Shown: positions 55,735 to 64,000 of the stretch, in pieces | How positions within the stretch are numbered: position 1 is the first letter of the stretch | Layout of the letters: every line of letters begins with the position of its first letter | Origin: Clostridia bacterium | GTDB lineage: Bacteria > Bacillota > Clostridia > Christensenellales > CAG-138 | Direction: 5' to 3' | Assembly (NCBI GenBank): GCA_030526425.1 | Contig: JAUNCT010000010.1 | Location: forward strand, 5,526 to 69,525 | Length of the DNA: 64,000 bases | Made by a program: the position numbers and the translations under genes | Notes under the pieces: model-generated | Told to the model about the DNA's origin: nothing | The model's database searches: none | The model's input: the letters and a program-made list of their open reading frames with translations, nothing else

Positions 55735-57276
55735 TCAGAACAGTTTTTTCAGCGAACCCAAAAGCCCGCGCGCAAGGGACCTGCCGACCTCGCGGCCGAT
55801 GGAGGTCACCGCGCTGTTCACGACTTTTGTGACGGGGTTCTTTTTGGCGCGTGCGGCTTTCTTGCGCTCCTGCTCGCGTGCGGCTTTTTCCTCTTCGCGC
55901 GCTTTCTTTTCGGCGGCCTTCCGCGCGGCTTCTTCCTGCTTCGCACGTTCGGCTTCCGCCTTTTCCTTTTCCGCGGTCTCCGCTTCCTTGGCGCTTTCCG
56001 CCGTCAGGATCTCATAGGCGGATTCGTTGTCCACATAAGCCTCGTACTTGCCGAACAGGGGCGAGGCTTCGATCACGCCGCGGCGTTCCTCCTCGGTGAT
56101 GGTCCCCATCCGCGATTGCGGGGGGAGGATCGTGGCGCGTTCCACGATGCCGGGGATGCCCTTGGCGTCCAAAAAGCTGACCAGCGCTTCACCGGTGCCG
56201 AGCGCGGAGATCGCCTCCTCGGTATCGAAGGCGGGGTTCACGCGGAAGCTGCGTGCCGCAGTGCGCAGCGCACGCTGCTCGGAAGGGGTATAGGCGCGCA
56301 GCGCGTGCTGAACGCGGTTGCCCAGCTGCGAAAGCACGTTGTCGGGAATATCCGAAGGCTGCTGGGAAATGAAGTACACGCCCACGCCCTTCGAACGGAT
56401 GAGTTTCACGACCTGCTCGATCTTCGCGACGAGCGCTTTCGGCGCGTCGCGGAACAGCAAATGAGCTTCGTCGAAGAAGAACACGAGCTTCGGCTTGTCG
56501 AGGTCACCCGCCTCGGGCAGGGTCTCGAACAGCTCGCTCAGCAGCCAAAGCAGGAAGGTCGAGTAGAGCAGGGGGCTTTGATAAAGCTTTTCGGCATGCA
56601 GGATGTTGATGACGCCGCGTCCGTCCTCATCGCATTGCATCCAGTCCGCAAGGTCGATCGCCGGCGCACCGAAAAACGCGGTCGCACCCGCGTCCTCCAG
56701 CCGCAGCAGTGCGCGCTGGATGGCGCCGGCGGATTGCTTGGAAACGTTGCCGTATTTCGCAAGCAGCTCGGAGGCGTGTTCCGTCACATAGGAAAGCATC
56801 GCGCGCAGGTCCTTCAGGTCCTCCAGCAACCAGCCGTTGTCGTCCGCCACACGGAAGGCGATGGCGAGCACGCCGCTTTGGATCTCCGTCAGACCGAGCA
56901 ATCGCGAGAGCAGCTCGCTGCCCATGTCGCTCACGGTCGTGCGGATGGGGTGACCCGCGGTGCCGTACACATCGAAGAACCGCACCGGGAAGGCGGTGAA
57001 CCCGAACTCCTCCGCGGGGATGCCGAGCTTCGTCAGCCGTTCCGAGATTTTTTCGCTCGGGGTTCCGGGCATGCAGCAACCGGCAAGGTCGCCCTTGATA
57101 TCCGCAAGGAACACCGGTACGCCGAGCGCGGAAAAGCTTTCCGCCAGAACTTTCAGCGTCACGGTCTTACCCGTGCCGGTCGCACCGGCGATCAAGCCGT
57201 GGCGGTTTGCCATGTTCGGTTCCAAATAAGCTTCATTCCCGCCGGCGCCGACGAGGATGCGTCCGTTTCTCAGCAT
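55735..57276 (-). CDS. HerA-like P-loop ATPase, DUF853 (YjgR) family
   Basis: ATG at 57276 ([13 protein letters not shown]) with GGGAGG SD, 513 aa. Walker A GATGTGKT, Walker [13 protein letters not shown], and a C-terminal Lys/Glu/Ala-rich tail. Confidence 0.86.
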   Translation of the reverse strand: MLRNGRILVGAGGNEAYLEPNMANRHGLIAGATGTGKTVTLKVLAESFSALGVPVFLADIKGDLAGCCMPGTPSEKISERLTKLGIPAEEFGFTAFPVRFFDVYGTAGHPIRTTVSDMGSELLSRLLGLTEIQSGVLAIAFRVADDNGWLLEDLKDLRAMLSYVTEHASELLAKYGNVSKQSAGAIQRALLRLEDAGATAFFGAPAIDLADWMQCDEDGRGVINILHAEKLYQSPLLYSTFLLWLLSELFETLPEAGDLDKPKLVFFFDEAHLLFRDAPKALVAKIEQVVKLIRSKGVGVYFISQQPSDIPDNVLSQLGNRVQHALRAYTPSEQRALRTAARSFRVNPAFDTEEAISALGTGEALVSFLDAKGIPGIVERATILPPQSRMGTITEEERRGVIEASPLFGKYEAYVDNESAYEILTAESAKEAETAEKEKAEAERAKQEEAARKAAEKKAREEEKAAREQERKKAARAKKNPVTKVVNSAVTSIGREVGRSLARGLLGSLKKLF

Positions 57277-57445
57277 GTAAAAAACCTCCCGCTGGGGTAT
57301 CGTCATTTGGCACAATCATAGTTTACGCGCCTTGGCTTGTCAAGAAACGCGGCGCGCGTGCGCACCCGTTTGACAGAAAACTTCAATGATGCGAAACCGC
57401 TTTCCCGATGGAAAGAGACGGAAAAATAGTATATAATTTGATATT

Positions 57446-58858
57446 ATGCTATTGAAGGGACGGACGGGAAACGTGGCGAACGGTACGGCGGCGAAAAGCG
57501 ATTTTTCGAAGGGAAACGTTGCGAAAACGATCCTGCGGCTGAGCTTGCCGCTCATGGTCGCGGAACTCGTCCATGTGTTCTACAGCCTCATCGACCGGAT
57601 GTACATCGGTCACATTCCGGATGTCGGCACCCAATGCCTGACGGGCATCGGTCTGTGCATCCCGCTGGTGTCGTTCATTGCGGCGTTCGCGCAGCTTTGC
57701 GCAACGGGCGGCTCCTCGCTGATGTCGATCGCGCGCGGTGAGGGGGATACCGGCAAGGCGGAACGCATCCAGAACACCGCGTTTTCGATGCTCGTCGTTT
57801 TCGGCGTCGTACTGACGCTCCTGATGTATTTCTTTGCGGACGACGTGCTGATGTTCATCGGCGCGGATGCGGATACGCTCCCGTTTGCTTTGGATTACTT
57901 CTCCGTTTACATCATCGGCACGGTCTTCTCGCTGATCAGCCTCGGCATGAACCCGTTCATCAACGCGCAGGGCTTCCCGACGGTCGGCATGATCACGGTG
58001 CTTTCGGGCGCGGTGATCAACCTCGCGCTCGACCCGCTGTTCATCTTCACGTTCGGGCTCGGGGTCCGCGGCGCCGCGTGGGCGACGGTCGTCGCCCAGG
58101 TCGTCAGTGCGGCGTGGGTCTTCCGATTCCTTCGCGGAAAGAAAGCGGTGCTCCGGGTCACGCGGTTCGAACTGGACCCCGGTTGCGTGGGGAAGATTAT
58201 GAAGCTCGGCATCACCGGCTTCGTGTTCAAGGCAACGAACAGTGCCGCGCAGGCGGTCGTGAACGCAACGCTCAAGATCTTCGGCGGTCCGTTGGGCGTG
58301 CTGTACATCGGCGCGACGAGCATCATCAACTCCCTGCGTGAGGTCATCCACCAGCCCTGCTTCGCCATTACGCGCGGCGCGCAACCGGTCATGAGCTTCA
58401 ACTACGGCGCCAAGCTGTACCACCGGGTCCTCGAATCGATCCGCTTCACCACGGGCGCCGCGGTCCTGTACAACCTGTTCATCTTCATCGTGCTCCAGTT
58501 GTCCGCGGGCGTGCTGCCGCGCATCTTCTCGACCGATCCGGAGCTGGTCGCGCTGTCCGCGCATTGTATCCGCATCTACTTCGCGGCGCTGGTGTTCATG
58601 TCGTTCCAGCAAACGGCGCAGCACACATTTGTCGCACTGAACAAACCGAAATTCGCACTGTTCTTCTCCTTGTTCCGGAAGGCGGTGCTCGTCATTCCGT
58701 TGACGCTCCTGCTGCCGCGCAGCGGGCTCGGCGTGGAAGGTGTCTTCTGGGCTGAGGTCATTTCCGAAGTCATCGGCGGCATCGCCTCCTACGGCACGCT
58801 GATGTTCACGGTCGTTCCGGAGCTTCGCAACGGAGAAAAGAAAGGGATCCAAGCATGA
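57446..58858 (+). CDS. MATE-family efflux transporter
   Basis: 470 aa. ILRLSLPLMVAELVHVFYSLIDRMYIG MATE N-terminus. Start ATG 57446 (no SD) or GTG 57473. Confidence 0.88.
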   Translation: MLLKGRTGNVANGTAAKSDFSKGNVAKTILRLSLPLMVAELVHVFYSLIDRMYIGHIPDVGTQCLTGIGLCIPLVSFIAAFAQLCATGGSSLMSIARGEGDTGKAERIQNTAFSMLVVFGVVLTLLMYFFADDVLMFIGADADTLPFALDYFSVYIIGTVFSLISLGMNPFINAQGFPTVGMITVLSGAVINLALDPLFIFTFGLGVRGAAWATVVAQVVSAAWVFRFLRGKKAVLRVTRFELDPGCVGKIMKLGITGFVFKATNSAAQAVVNATLKIFGGPLGVLYIGATSIINSLREVIHQPCFAITRGAQPVMSFNYGAKLYHRVLESIRFTTGAAVLYNLFIFIVLQLSAGVLPRIFSTDPELVALSAHCIRIYFAALVFMSFQQTAQHTFVALNKPKFALFFSLFRKAVLVIPLTLLLPRSGLGVEGVFWAEVISEVIGGIASYGTLMFTVVPELRNGEKKGIQA

Positions 58859-59670
58859 AAATCATCGACACACACGCACACATCTATCCGGAGCGCATCG
58901 CCGAAAAGGCGACCGAAGCCATCAGCGAATTCTACGAGATCCGCATGCAGACCAACGGACACCTTGCCACACTGTTCGAACGCGGGGCGCAGGCGGGGAT
59001 CGTCGGTCACATCGTATCCAGCGCGGCGACCGCGCCCGCGCAGACCATGTCCATCAACCGCTTCCTGTCCGAGGCGGGCAAGACGTATGCCGATAAGCTG
59101 TTTGCTTTCGGCACCTTCCATCCGATGGATGCCGACAAGGGCGCCGTCTTCTCCGGCTTCCGCGAGATGGGACTGCACGGCGCGAAGATCCATCCGGATT
59201 TCCAGAAGGTCCCCGTGGATGACCCCGGCTATTGCGAGGGATATGAGATCCTGCAAGAGCTCGGTCTTCCCGTGCTTTGCCACACGGGCGACAACCGGTA
59301 CGATTTTTCGAACCCCGGTCGCGTCGAGCATGTACTGAAGATGTTCCCGCGGCTGCGTTTCATCGCCGCGCATCTCGGCGGCTGGACGGTCTGGCGCGAG
59401 GCAACGGAAAAGCTCGCCCCTTACGACAACGTCGTGGTCGATTGCTCGAGCTCGCTGTTTGCGATGAGCCCCGAGGAGGCGGCGGACCTGATCCGCGGTT
59501 ACGGTGCGGACCGTGTGTTCTTCGGCACCGACTTCCCCATGTGGGACCCCGTTGAAGAGGTCGACCGCGTCAACCGGCTGCCCATCACGGAAACCGAGCG
59601 GGAGAAGATCTTCGCGCTCAATGCGTTGAATTACTTTGGCAGCGAGCTGCCGGAAAGCTGGCGCAAATGA
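58855..59670 (+). CDS. amidohydrolase-family (Amidohydro_2/TIM-barrel metal hydrolase) protein
   Basis: 271 aa. MKIIDTHAHIYP metal-binding N-terminus, internal HPDF/CHTGD, and C-terminal FGTDFP. ATGA overlap with the MATE stop. Confidence 0.84.
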   Translation: MKIIDTHAHIYPERIAEKATEAISEFYEIRMQTNGHLATLFERGAQAGIVGHIVSSAATAPAQTMSINRFLSEAGKTYADKLFAFGTFHPMDADKGAVFSGFREMGLHGAKIHPDFQKVPVDDPGYCEGYEILQELGLPVLCHTGDNRYDFSNPGRVEHVLKMFPRLRFIAAHLGGWTVWREATEKLAPYDNVVVDCSSSLFAMSPEEAADLIRGYGADRVFFGTDFPMWDPVEEVDRVNRLPITETEREKIFALNALNYFGSELPESWRK

Positions 59671-59957
59671 AACACTGCATCCTCGTGAAGCTGACCCCGG
59701 AAGGGAAGGAACGCCTGCCCGAAATGCTGCCGGAGATCCGAGCACTGTTCGAGCAAACGCTTTCGATCGAAGGCGTGACGGCGATCGACTGCAAGCGCAA
59801 CTGCATCGACCGCCCGAACCGCTCGGACCTTCTGATCGAAATGACCATGACGGAGGGGGCGCTGCCTGTGTACGATGCTTCGGAACCGCACCGGCAGTGG
59901 AAGGAAGGCTACGGAAAATACATCGCTTCGAAGGCGATCTTCGACTTCGAGGATTGA
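59667..59957 (+). CDS. Dabb (stress-responsive alpha/beta-barrel) domain protein
   Basis: 96 aa. MKHCILVKL start and ...YDASEPHRQW pattern. ATGA overlap with the upstream gene. Confidence 0.78.
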   Translation: MKHCILVKLTPEGKERLPEMLPEIRALFEQTLSIEGVTAIDCKRNCIDRPNRSDLLIEMTMTEGALPVYDASEPHRQWKEGYGKYIASKAIFDFED

Positions 59958-59972
59958 ATCCCCTTGCATACG

Positions 59973-60010
59973 AAAAAAGCAGTCCGCACATCCGGCGGGC
60001 TGCTTTTTTT
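59973..60010. terminator. bidirectional terminator
   Basis: AAAAAAGCAGTCCGC-ACATCCG-GCGGGCTGCTTTTTTT between convergent genes. Confidence 0.75.
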
Positions 60011-60027
60011 CGGTTCCTCTCGGGGCT

Positions 60028-60495
60028 TCACTGCTCCGTCAGGTCGATGAAGGGGGCTTTGACGTATTCGCTCAACGCAACGGGCGACAGCTCGACCTGC
60101 ATGCCGCGTTTGCCCGCGGAAAAGCAGATCGCGTCGAACAGCTCCGCCGTGTCGTTGAGAAACGTCGGGAACTGCTTTTTCATCCCGATCGGCGAGCAAC
60201 CGCCGTGCACGTAACCGGTCAAAGGCAGCAGGTCTTTCTGCGGGATCATGCGGATGGACTTTTCCTTCGCCGCGCGGGCGGCTTTTTTCAGGTCGAGCGT
60301 GCAGTTGACCGGCACGACGAACACGTAGTGGGCACCGCTCGCACCGATGGTCACCAGCGTTTTGAACACGCTGTCGGCGTCCTTGCCGACCAGCGCGGCG
60401 ACCTGTTCGCCGTCGGTCACCTCGGCGTCGTAGGCGTGCGCCTCGTAGGGGATCGCCGCAGCGTCCAGCAGGCGCATGACATTCGTTTTTTCCAT
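60028..60495 (-). CDS. ybaK: Cys-tRNA(Pro)/Cys-tRNA(Cys) deacylase YbaK
   Basis: 155 aa. TNVMRLLD N-terminus, FKTLV and GYVHGGCSPIGMKK motifs. GGAGGAA SD. Confidence 0.9.
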   Translation of the reverse strand: MEKTNVMRLLDAAAIPYEAHAYDAEVTDGEQVAALVGKDADSVFKTLVTIGASGAHYVFVVPVNCTLDLKKAARAAKEKSIRMIPQKDLLPLTGYVHGGCSPIGMKKQFPTFLNDTAELFDAICFSAGKRGMQVELSPVALSEYVKAPFIDLTEQ

Positions 60496-60508
60496 GTCGT
60501 TCCTCCGT

Positions 60509-60533
60509 AAAAACAGCGCCCCGAAGGACGCTG
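60509..60533 (-). terminator. hairpin plus U-run between the aminopeptidase gene and ybaK
   Basis: Minus strand reads CAGCGTCCTTCGGGGCGCTGTTTTT, 37 nt after the aminopeptidase stop and 13 nt before the ybaK start. Confidence 0.55.
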
Positions 60534-60569
60534 TGAAAATTCGGTATATGAATTATTATATCACGGAAA

Positions 60570-61802
60570 TCAAAATGCCCAAGTACCGTTTTCGAAGATC
60601 GGCACGGTCTTGCCGTCGGTGCACTTGGCGGTGATGTTGAGCTCGCGGCAGCCGATCATGAAATCCACATGCAGCGTGCTGTCGTTGATGCCCATGCGGT
60701 GCGCCTCATCCTGTGTACGGGTCGCAAACCCGGGCAGACAATCGGGGAAGCCGAAGCCGAGTGCCAAATGGCATGCGGCGTTTTCATCGAACAGGGTGTT
60801 GTAAAACAGCATTCCCGTTTCGCGGATGGGGGATTCGAACGGAACGAGCGCGCATTCGCCGAGGTAGGCGCTGCCCTCGTCCATCTCGATCATCTTGCCG
60901 AGCAGCTCCTCGTTCTTGCGGGCGTGCCATTCCACGGCGCGTCCGTCCTTGAACGTGATCTCGAAGTCTTCGATCAGGGCGCCGTTCCAGCTCAGCGGCA
61001 TCGTGGAAACGACCTTGCCTTCCGCCTTACCGCGCATCGGGGAAATGAAGACCTCCTCGCTCGGGATGTTCGGGTTGAAGGTCACGCCGCGCACGGTCCG
61101 CTCCTCGCCGCCGCAGAATACCGCACCGGGGATCATTCCCACGGTGAAGTCGGTACCGTTCGGGGCGGTGTAGTGCAGACTTTCGATGCCGAGCTTGTTC
61201 AGGTGCGCGCAGCGCTTGGCGAGGTTCTTGTTGTGCTCTTCCCAAGCCGCCACCGGGTCGCCTTCTTCGGTCACGCGGCAAACGGAGAGGATGCTTTCCC
61301 ACAGCTTGTCCTGCGCGACGGAACCGCGCGTGCGGGGGAACAGCTTTTTCGACCATTCCTCACCGGGCACTGCGGCGATGCACCACTGGTGGCGGTTCTC
61401 CATCTTATCGCGGTAGGGCTTTGCGGCCTTGCGCCTTGCGCCGACCACTGCGGCGAGCTTTTTGCGGTTCACGCTCGCAAGCCCGTCGGGGTCGTCGCCG
61501 TCTAAGTAGATGCGCGCGGGAAGGGTGTCGACATAATGCTGGAGACGCGCCTGTTCCCACGGGAGGGTCAGCGACAGCGTCTTTTCGTTCTGGAAACGGT
61601 AGTGGAGGACGTCCAGTTCCTGAGAATGCCAGTTGACGACGACGCGCCGTGCACCGCACTGGTAGCAAACGCGTACGAGCATTTTCACGAATTCTGCCTG
61701 ATCGAGCTCCGCTTCGATCACGACGTCCTGACCTTTTTGGATATTCACGCCGCGCTTCGCGATGAGACGGGCGTAATTCCGGAGTAAACTTTTTTTCACC
61801 AT
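60570..61802 (-). CDS. M29-family aminopeptidase (AmpS/PepS type)
   Basis: 410 aa. LRNYARLIAKRGVNIQKGQDVVI N-terminus and C-terminal HLALG...HVDFMIG metal-site pattern. Confidence 0.9.
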   Translation of the reverse strand: MVKKSLLRNYARLIAKRGVNIQKGQDVVIEAELDQAEFVKMLVRVCYQCGARRVVVNWHSQELDVLHYRFQNEKTLSLTLPWEQARLQHYVDTLPARIYLDGDDPDGLASVNRKKLAAVVGARRKAAKPYRDKMENRHQWCIAAVPGEEWSKKLFPRTRGSVAQDKLWESILSVCRVTEEGDPVAAWEEHNKNLAKRCAHLNKLGIESLHYTAPNGTDFTVGMIPGAVFCGGEERTVRGVTFNPNIPSEEVFISPMRGKAEGKVVSTMPLSWNGALIEDFEITFKDGRAVEWHARKNEELLGKMIEMDEGSAYLGECALVPFESPIRETGMLFYNTLFDENAACHLALGFGFPDCLPGFATRTQDEAHRMGINDSTLHVDFMIGCRELNITAKCTDGKTVPIFENGTWAF

Positions 61803-62075
61803 AGGGGATCAGCAGGGCTCCTTTGAACGGTTTTCATACCGGTAATGACTTGCACGATAGTAAATTATAGCATGCGTCCGGACGGCGCGCAATGAAAATC
61901 CGCAACGGTTTTTGTATTCCCCAAATGAATTTTGCGGAATGGGGAAACGGGGACAAAACGTGTCTGTTTCCGGGTCGAAATGCAAAAAAACGCCGATTTC
62001 TTGCAACACATGTGGGGAGTGTGTTATAATGCACAATATATATAGGGAAAATACGCAACGGAGGTCCTTTTTCTC

Positions 62076-63269
62076 TTGAAACCCGTCTCGATCCTTGACA
62101 TCGGAAGCTCGAAAGTCGTCTGTCTCATGGGCAGCAGAGCCGCACGCGGCGGCACTGTGGTCCACGGTACGGGCGTTGCCGCGTATTCCGGTTACGCCGA
62201 TGGCGCGTTTTTCGATGAAAAAGAGTTGGAGCAGGCGATCGTTTCCGCCGTCAAAGAAGCGGAAGTGATGTCCCGCAGGCGCATCCGCGAGGTCGCGCTT
62301 TCCGTTCCGGCGCCGTTTTCCCGGTTGGTACTCGCAACGGGCAGTCTCCGCTTCGTCGATGAAGTGCGCATCACGCCCGAGCATACCGATGAACTCATCG
62401 ACCTTTCGCTCGAACATGTCCAGGTGCCGGGCTACCGGCTCATGCATTCGACCCCGGTCGTCTACACGCTCGACGGCTACGAAACGGCGGAAAAGCCCGA
62501 AGGCAAGCGCGCAGGCAGCATTTCCGCAAAGGTCTCGCATCTGTATGTCAAAAACGAATACATCGCGCTCATCGCGCGGATCCTCAGGGGGCTTTCCATC
62601 GAGGTGACGATGAGCGTTTCCACGCCGCTTTCGGTTTCAATGCTGCTCATCCCAGAGGAAGAGCGCATCCGCCCCGCGGTGCTCATCGATGTCGGTTATC
62701 TCCATACCGATGTCTCGCTTGCCGAAAACAACGCCATCACCAACATGACGTCGATCGATATGGGCGGCGCCCAGTTCGCGTCCGATCTGTCCTTCGGGCT
62801 GGATATCCCGTTCCCCGATGCCGAACAGGTCAAGCGGAAGTATTCCTTCCTCGTGGACGACAGCGACGACGATGTCGTGGTCGTTTACATGCCGCAAGGC
62901 GCAAAACGCGTGCGGCGCGAAGTCATCGAACTCATCATGACGGCGCGTGCCGAAGAGTTCGCGGGGCTCATCCGCGATGCGCTCGAACGCATGGGCATCC
63001 GCCCCGAACAGCAGCCGGTGTGCTACCTGACGGGCGGCGGTTTCTCGATGATGCGCGGCGGCGCCGAATTTTTGCGCAGTGAACTCGGGATGCGCGTGCG
63101 CCGCGACCGGCCGTTCCTTCCGACGATGGATACGCCGAACTATGCGAGCGCGTTCGGAACGCTCGAATTCGTGTTGCGCGAATTGCACGGCGATGAAGAA
63201 GAACCCGTGCGCGAAACAAAAGAAAAACAGGGGATCATCAAACAGGTCCGCAAAATATTCAACAAATAA
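62076..63269 (+). CDS. ftsA: cell division protein FtsA(-like actin-fold ATPase)
   Basis: 397 aa, TTG start (GGAGG 11 nt upstream). ILDIGSSKVVCL phosphate-1 motif, IDVGYLHTDV, and a C-terminal amphipathic tail GIIKQVRKIFNK. Directly upstream of ftsZ. Confidence 0.86.
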   Translation: MKPVSILDIGSSKVVCLMGSRAARGGTVVHGTGVAAYSGYADGAFFDEKELEQAIVSAVKEAEVMSRRRIREVALSVPAPFSRLVLATGSLRFVDEVRITPEHTDELIDLSLEHVQVPGYRLMHSTPVVYTLDGYETAEKPEGKRAGSISAKVSHLYVKNEYIALIARILRGLSIEVTMSVSTPLSVSMLLIPEEERIRPAVLIDVGYLHTDVSLAENNAITNMTSIDMGGAQFASDLSFGLDIPFPDAEQVKRKYSFLVDDSDDDVVVVYMPQGAKRVRREVIELIMTARAEEFAGLIRDALERMGIRPEQQPVCYLTGGGFSMMRGGAEFLRSELGMRVRRDRPFLPTMDTPNYASAFGTLEFVLRELHGDEEEPVRETKEKQGIIKQVRKIFNK

Positions 63270-63284
63270 AGGGGTACATGCATT

Positions 63285-64000
63285 ATGGAAAAACCTATGG
63301 ACGGCGTGAATTTCGCAAGGCTGAAAGTCATCGGCGTCGGCGGTGCGGGCTGCAACGCCATCAACCGCATGGTCCAGTACGGGCTGCAGGGCGTGGACTT
63401 CATCTGCGTCAATACGGATGTCCAGGCTCTTTACCTGTCGAAAGCAGATAAGAAAGTGCAGATCGGCGAAAAGCTGACCCGCGGTCTCGGTGCCGGTGCG
63501 GATCCCGAGGTGGGCCGCAAGGCGGCGGAGGAAAGCCGCGAGCAGATCATGGAAGCGCTCCGCGGTGCGGATATGGCTTTCATCACCGCAGGCATGGGCG
63601 GTGGCACGGGCACGGGTGCCGCGGCGATCGTCGCCGAATGCGCCAAGGAGCTCGGCATTCTGACCGTCGGCGTCGTGACCAAGCCCTTCACCTTCGAAGG
63701 CAAGGTGCGCATGCGCAATGCGGATACGGGTATCGCAGCCCTGAAGCCGATCGTCGATACGCTCATCACCATCCCGAACGACAAGCTCATCGCGCTCGTC
63801 GGCCGCGCAAGCCTTCCGGATGCGCTCCGCGTTGCGGACGACGTGCTCCGTCAGGGTATCCAGGGCATCTCCGACCTGATCGCGGTCCCCGCAATGATCA
63901 ACCTCGACTTTGCGGATGTCAAGACCGTCATGAAGGAAAAGGGTCTTGCGCACATGGGCATCGGCAACGCTTCGGGTGAGAACCGCGCGACCGAAGCCGC
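63285..64000 (+). CDS. ftsZ: cell division protein FtsZ (C-terminus outside window)
   Basis: ATG 63285. [16 protein letters not shown] and [11 protein letters not shown] tubulin signature. The frame is open to the window end, so it is absent from the ORF track. Confidence 0.96.
   Translation, partial: MEKPMDGVNFARLKVIGVGGAGCNAINRMVQYGLQGVDFICVNTDVQALYLSKADKKVQIGEKLTRGLGAGADPEVGRKAAEESREQIMEALRGADMAFITAGMGGGTGTGAAAIVAECAKELGILTVGVVTKPFTFEGKVRMRNADTGIAALKPIVDTLITIPNDKLIALVGRASLPDALRVADDVLRQGIQGISDLIAVPAMINLDFADVKTVMKEKGLAHMGIGNASGENRATEA

Overview
High-GC (about 60%+) Firmicutes/Clostridia-type chromosomal segment, densely coded and mostly core genome. I see no CRISPR array, integrase, intact IS or prophage. 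Recognisable blocks, in order: (1) yybS-gdpP-rplI; (2) a degenerate IS200/Y1-transposase-like gene; (3) queH coupled to a LicD/TagF/SDR cell-wall arm; (4) a lipoprotein, deoD and asnA; (5) a six-gene glycosyltransferase operon containing a Wzy-like/TupA ATP-grasp fusion; (6) a CofE-like gene, a PaaI thioesterase, a MATE gene, a YpsA/SLOG gene and an amidase; (7) rnfCDGEAB; (8) a 2-hydroxyacid dehydrogenase, a CAT-family acetyltransferase and a 5'-nucleotidase lipoprotein; (9) an operon of an acidic membrane protein, a DnaB/DnaD-like protein, a DnaI-like loader and rsmI; (10) tRNA-Arg; (11) ftsK-rimO-pgsA-cinA-recA; (12) tRNA-Thr; (13) hom, a nitroreductase and aspA; (14) a BMP-type nucleoside ABC transporter; (15) a MATE gene with a Gfo/Idh/MocA oxidoreductase; (16) a HerA-like DUF853 ATPase with a 72-aa partner; (17) a MATE/amidohydrolase/Dabb operon; (18) ybaK, an M29 aminopeptidase, ftsA and ftsZ (truncated at the window edge). 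Many junctions are 4-nt ATGA/GTGA overlaps. Long ORFs antisense to real genes are GC-driven shadow ORFs. I found no clear novel system. The best leads are the Wzy/ATP-grasp fusion in a split glycopolymer locus that lacks priming and flippase genes, the catalytically dead Y1-transposase/DnaA-HTH protein, the acidic membrane protein heading the replication-loader operon, and the DUF853 cassette. All function calls rest on motifs read by eye and were not checked against any database.
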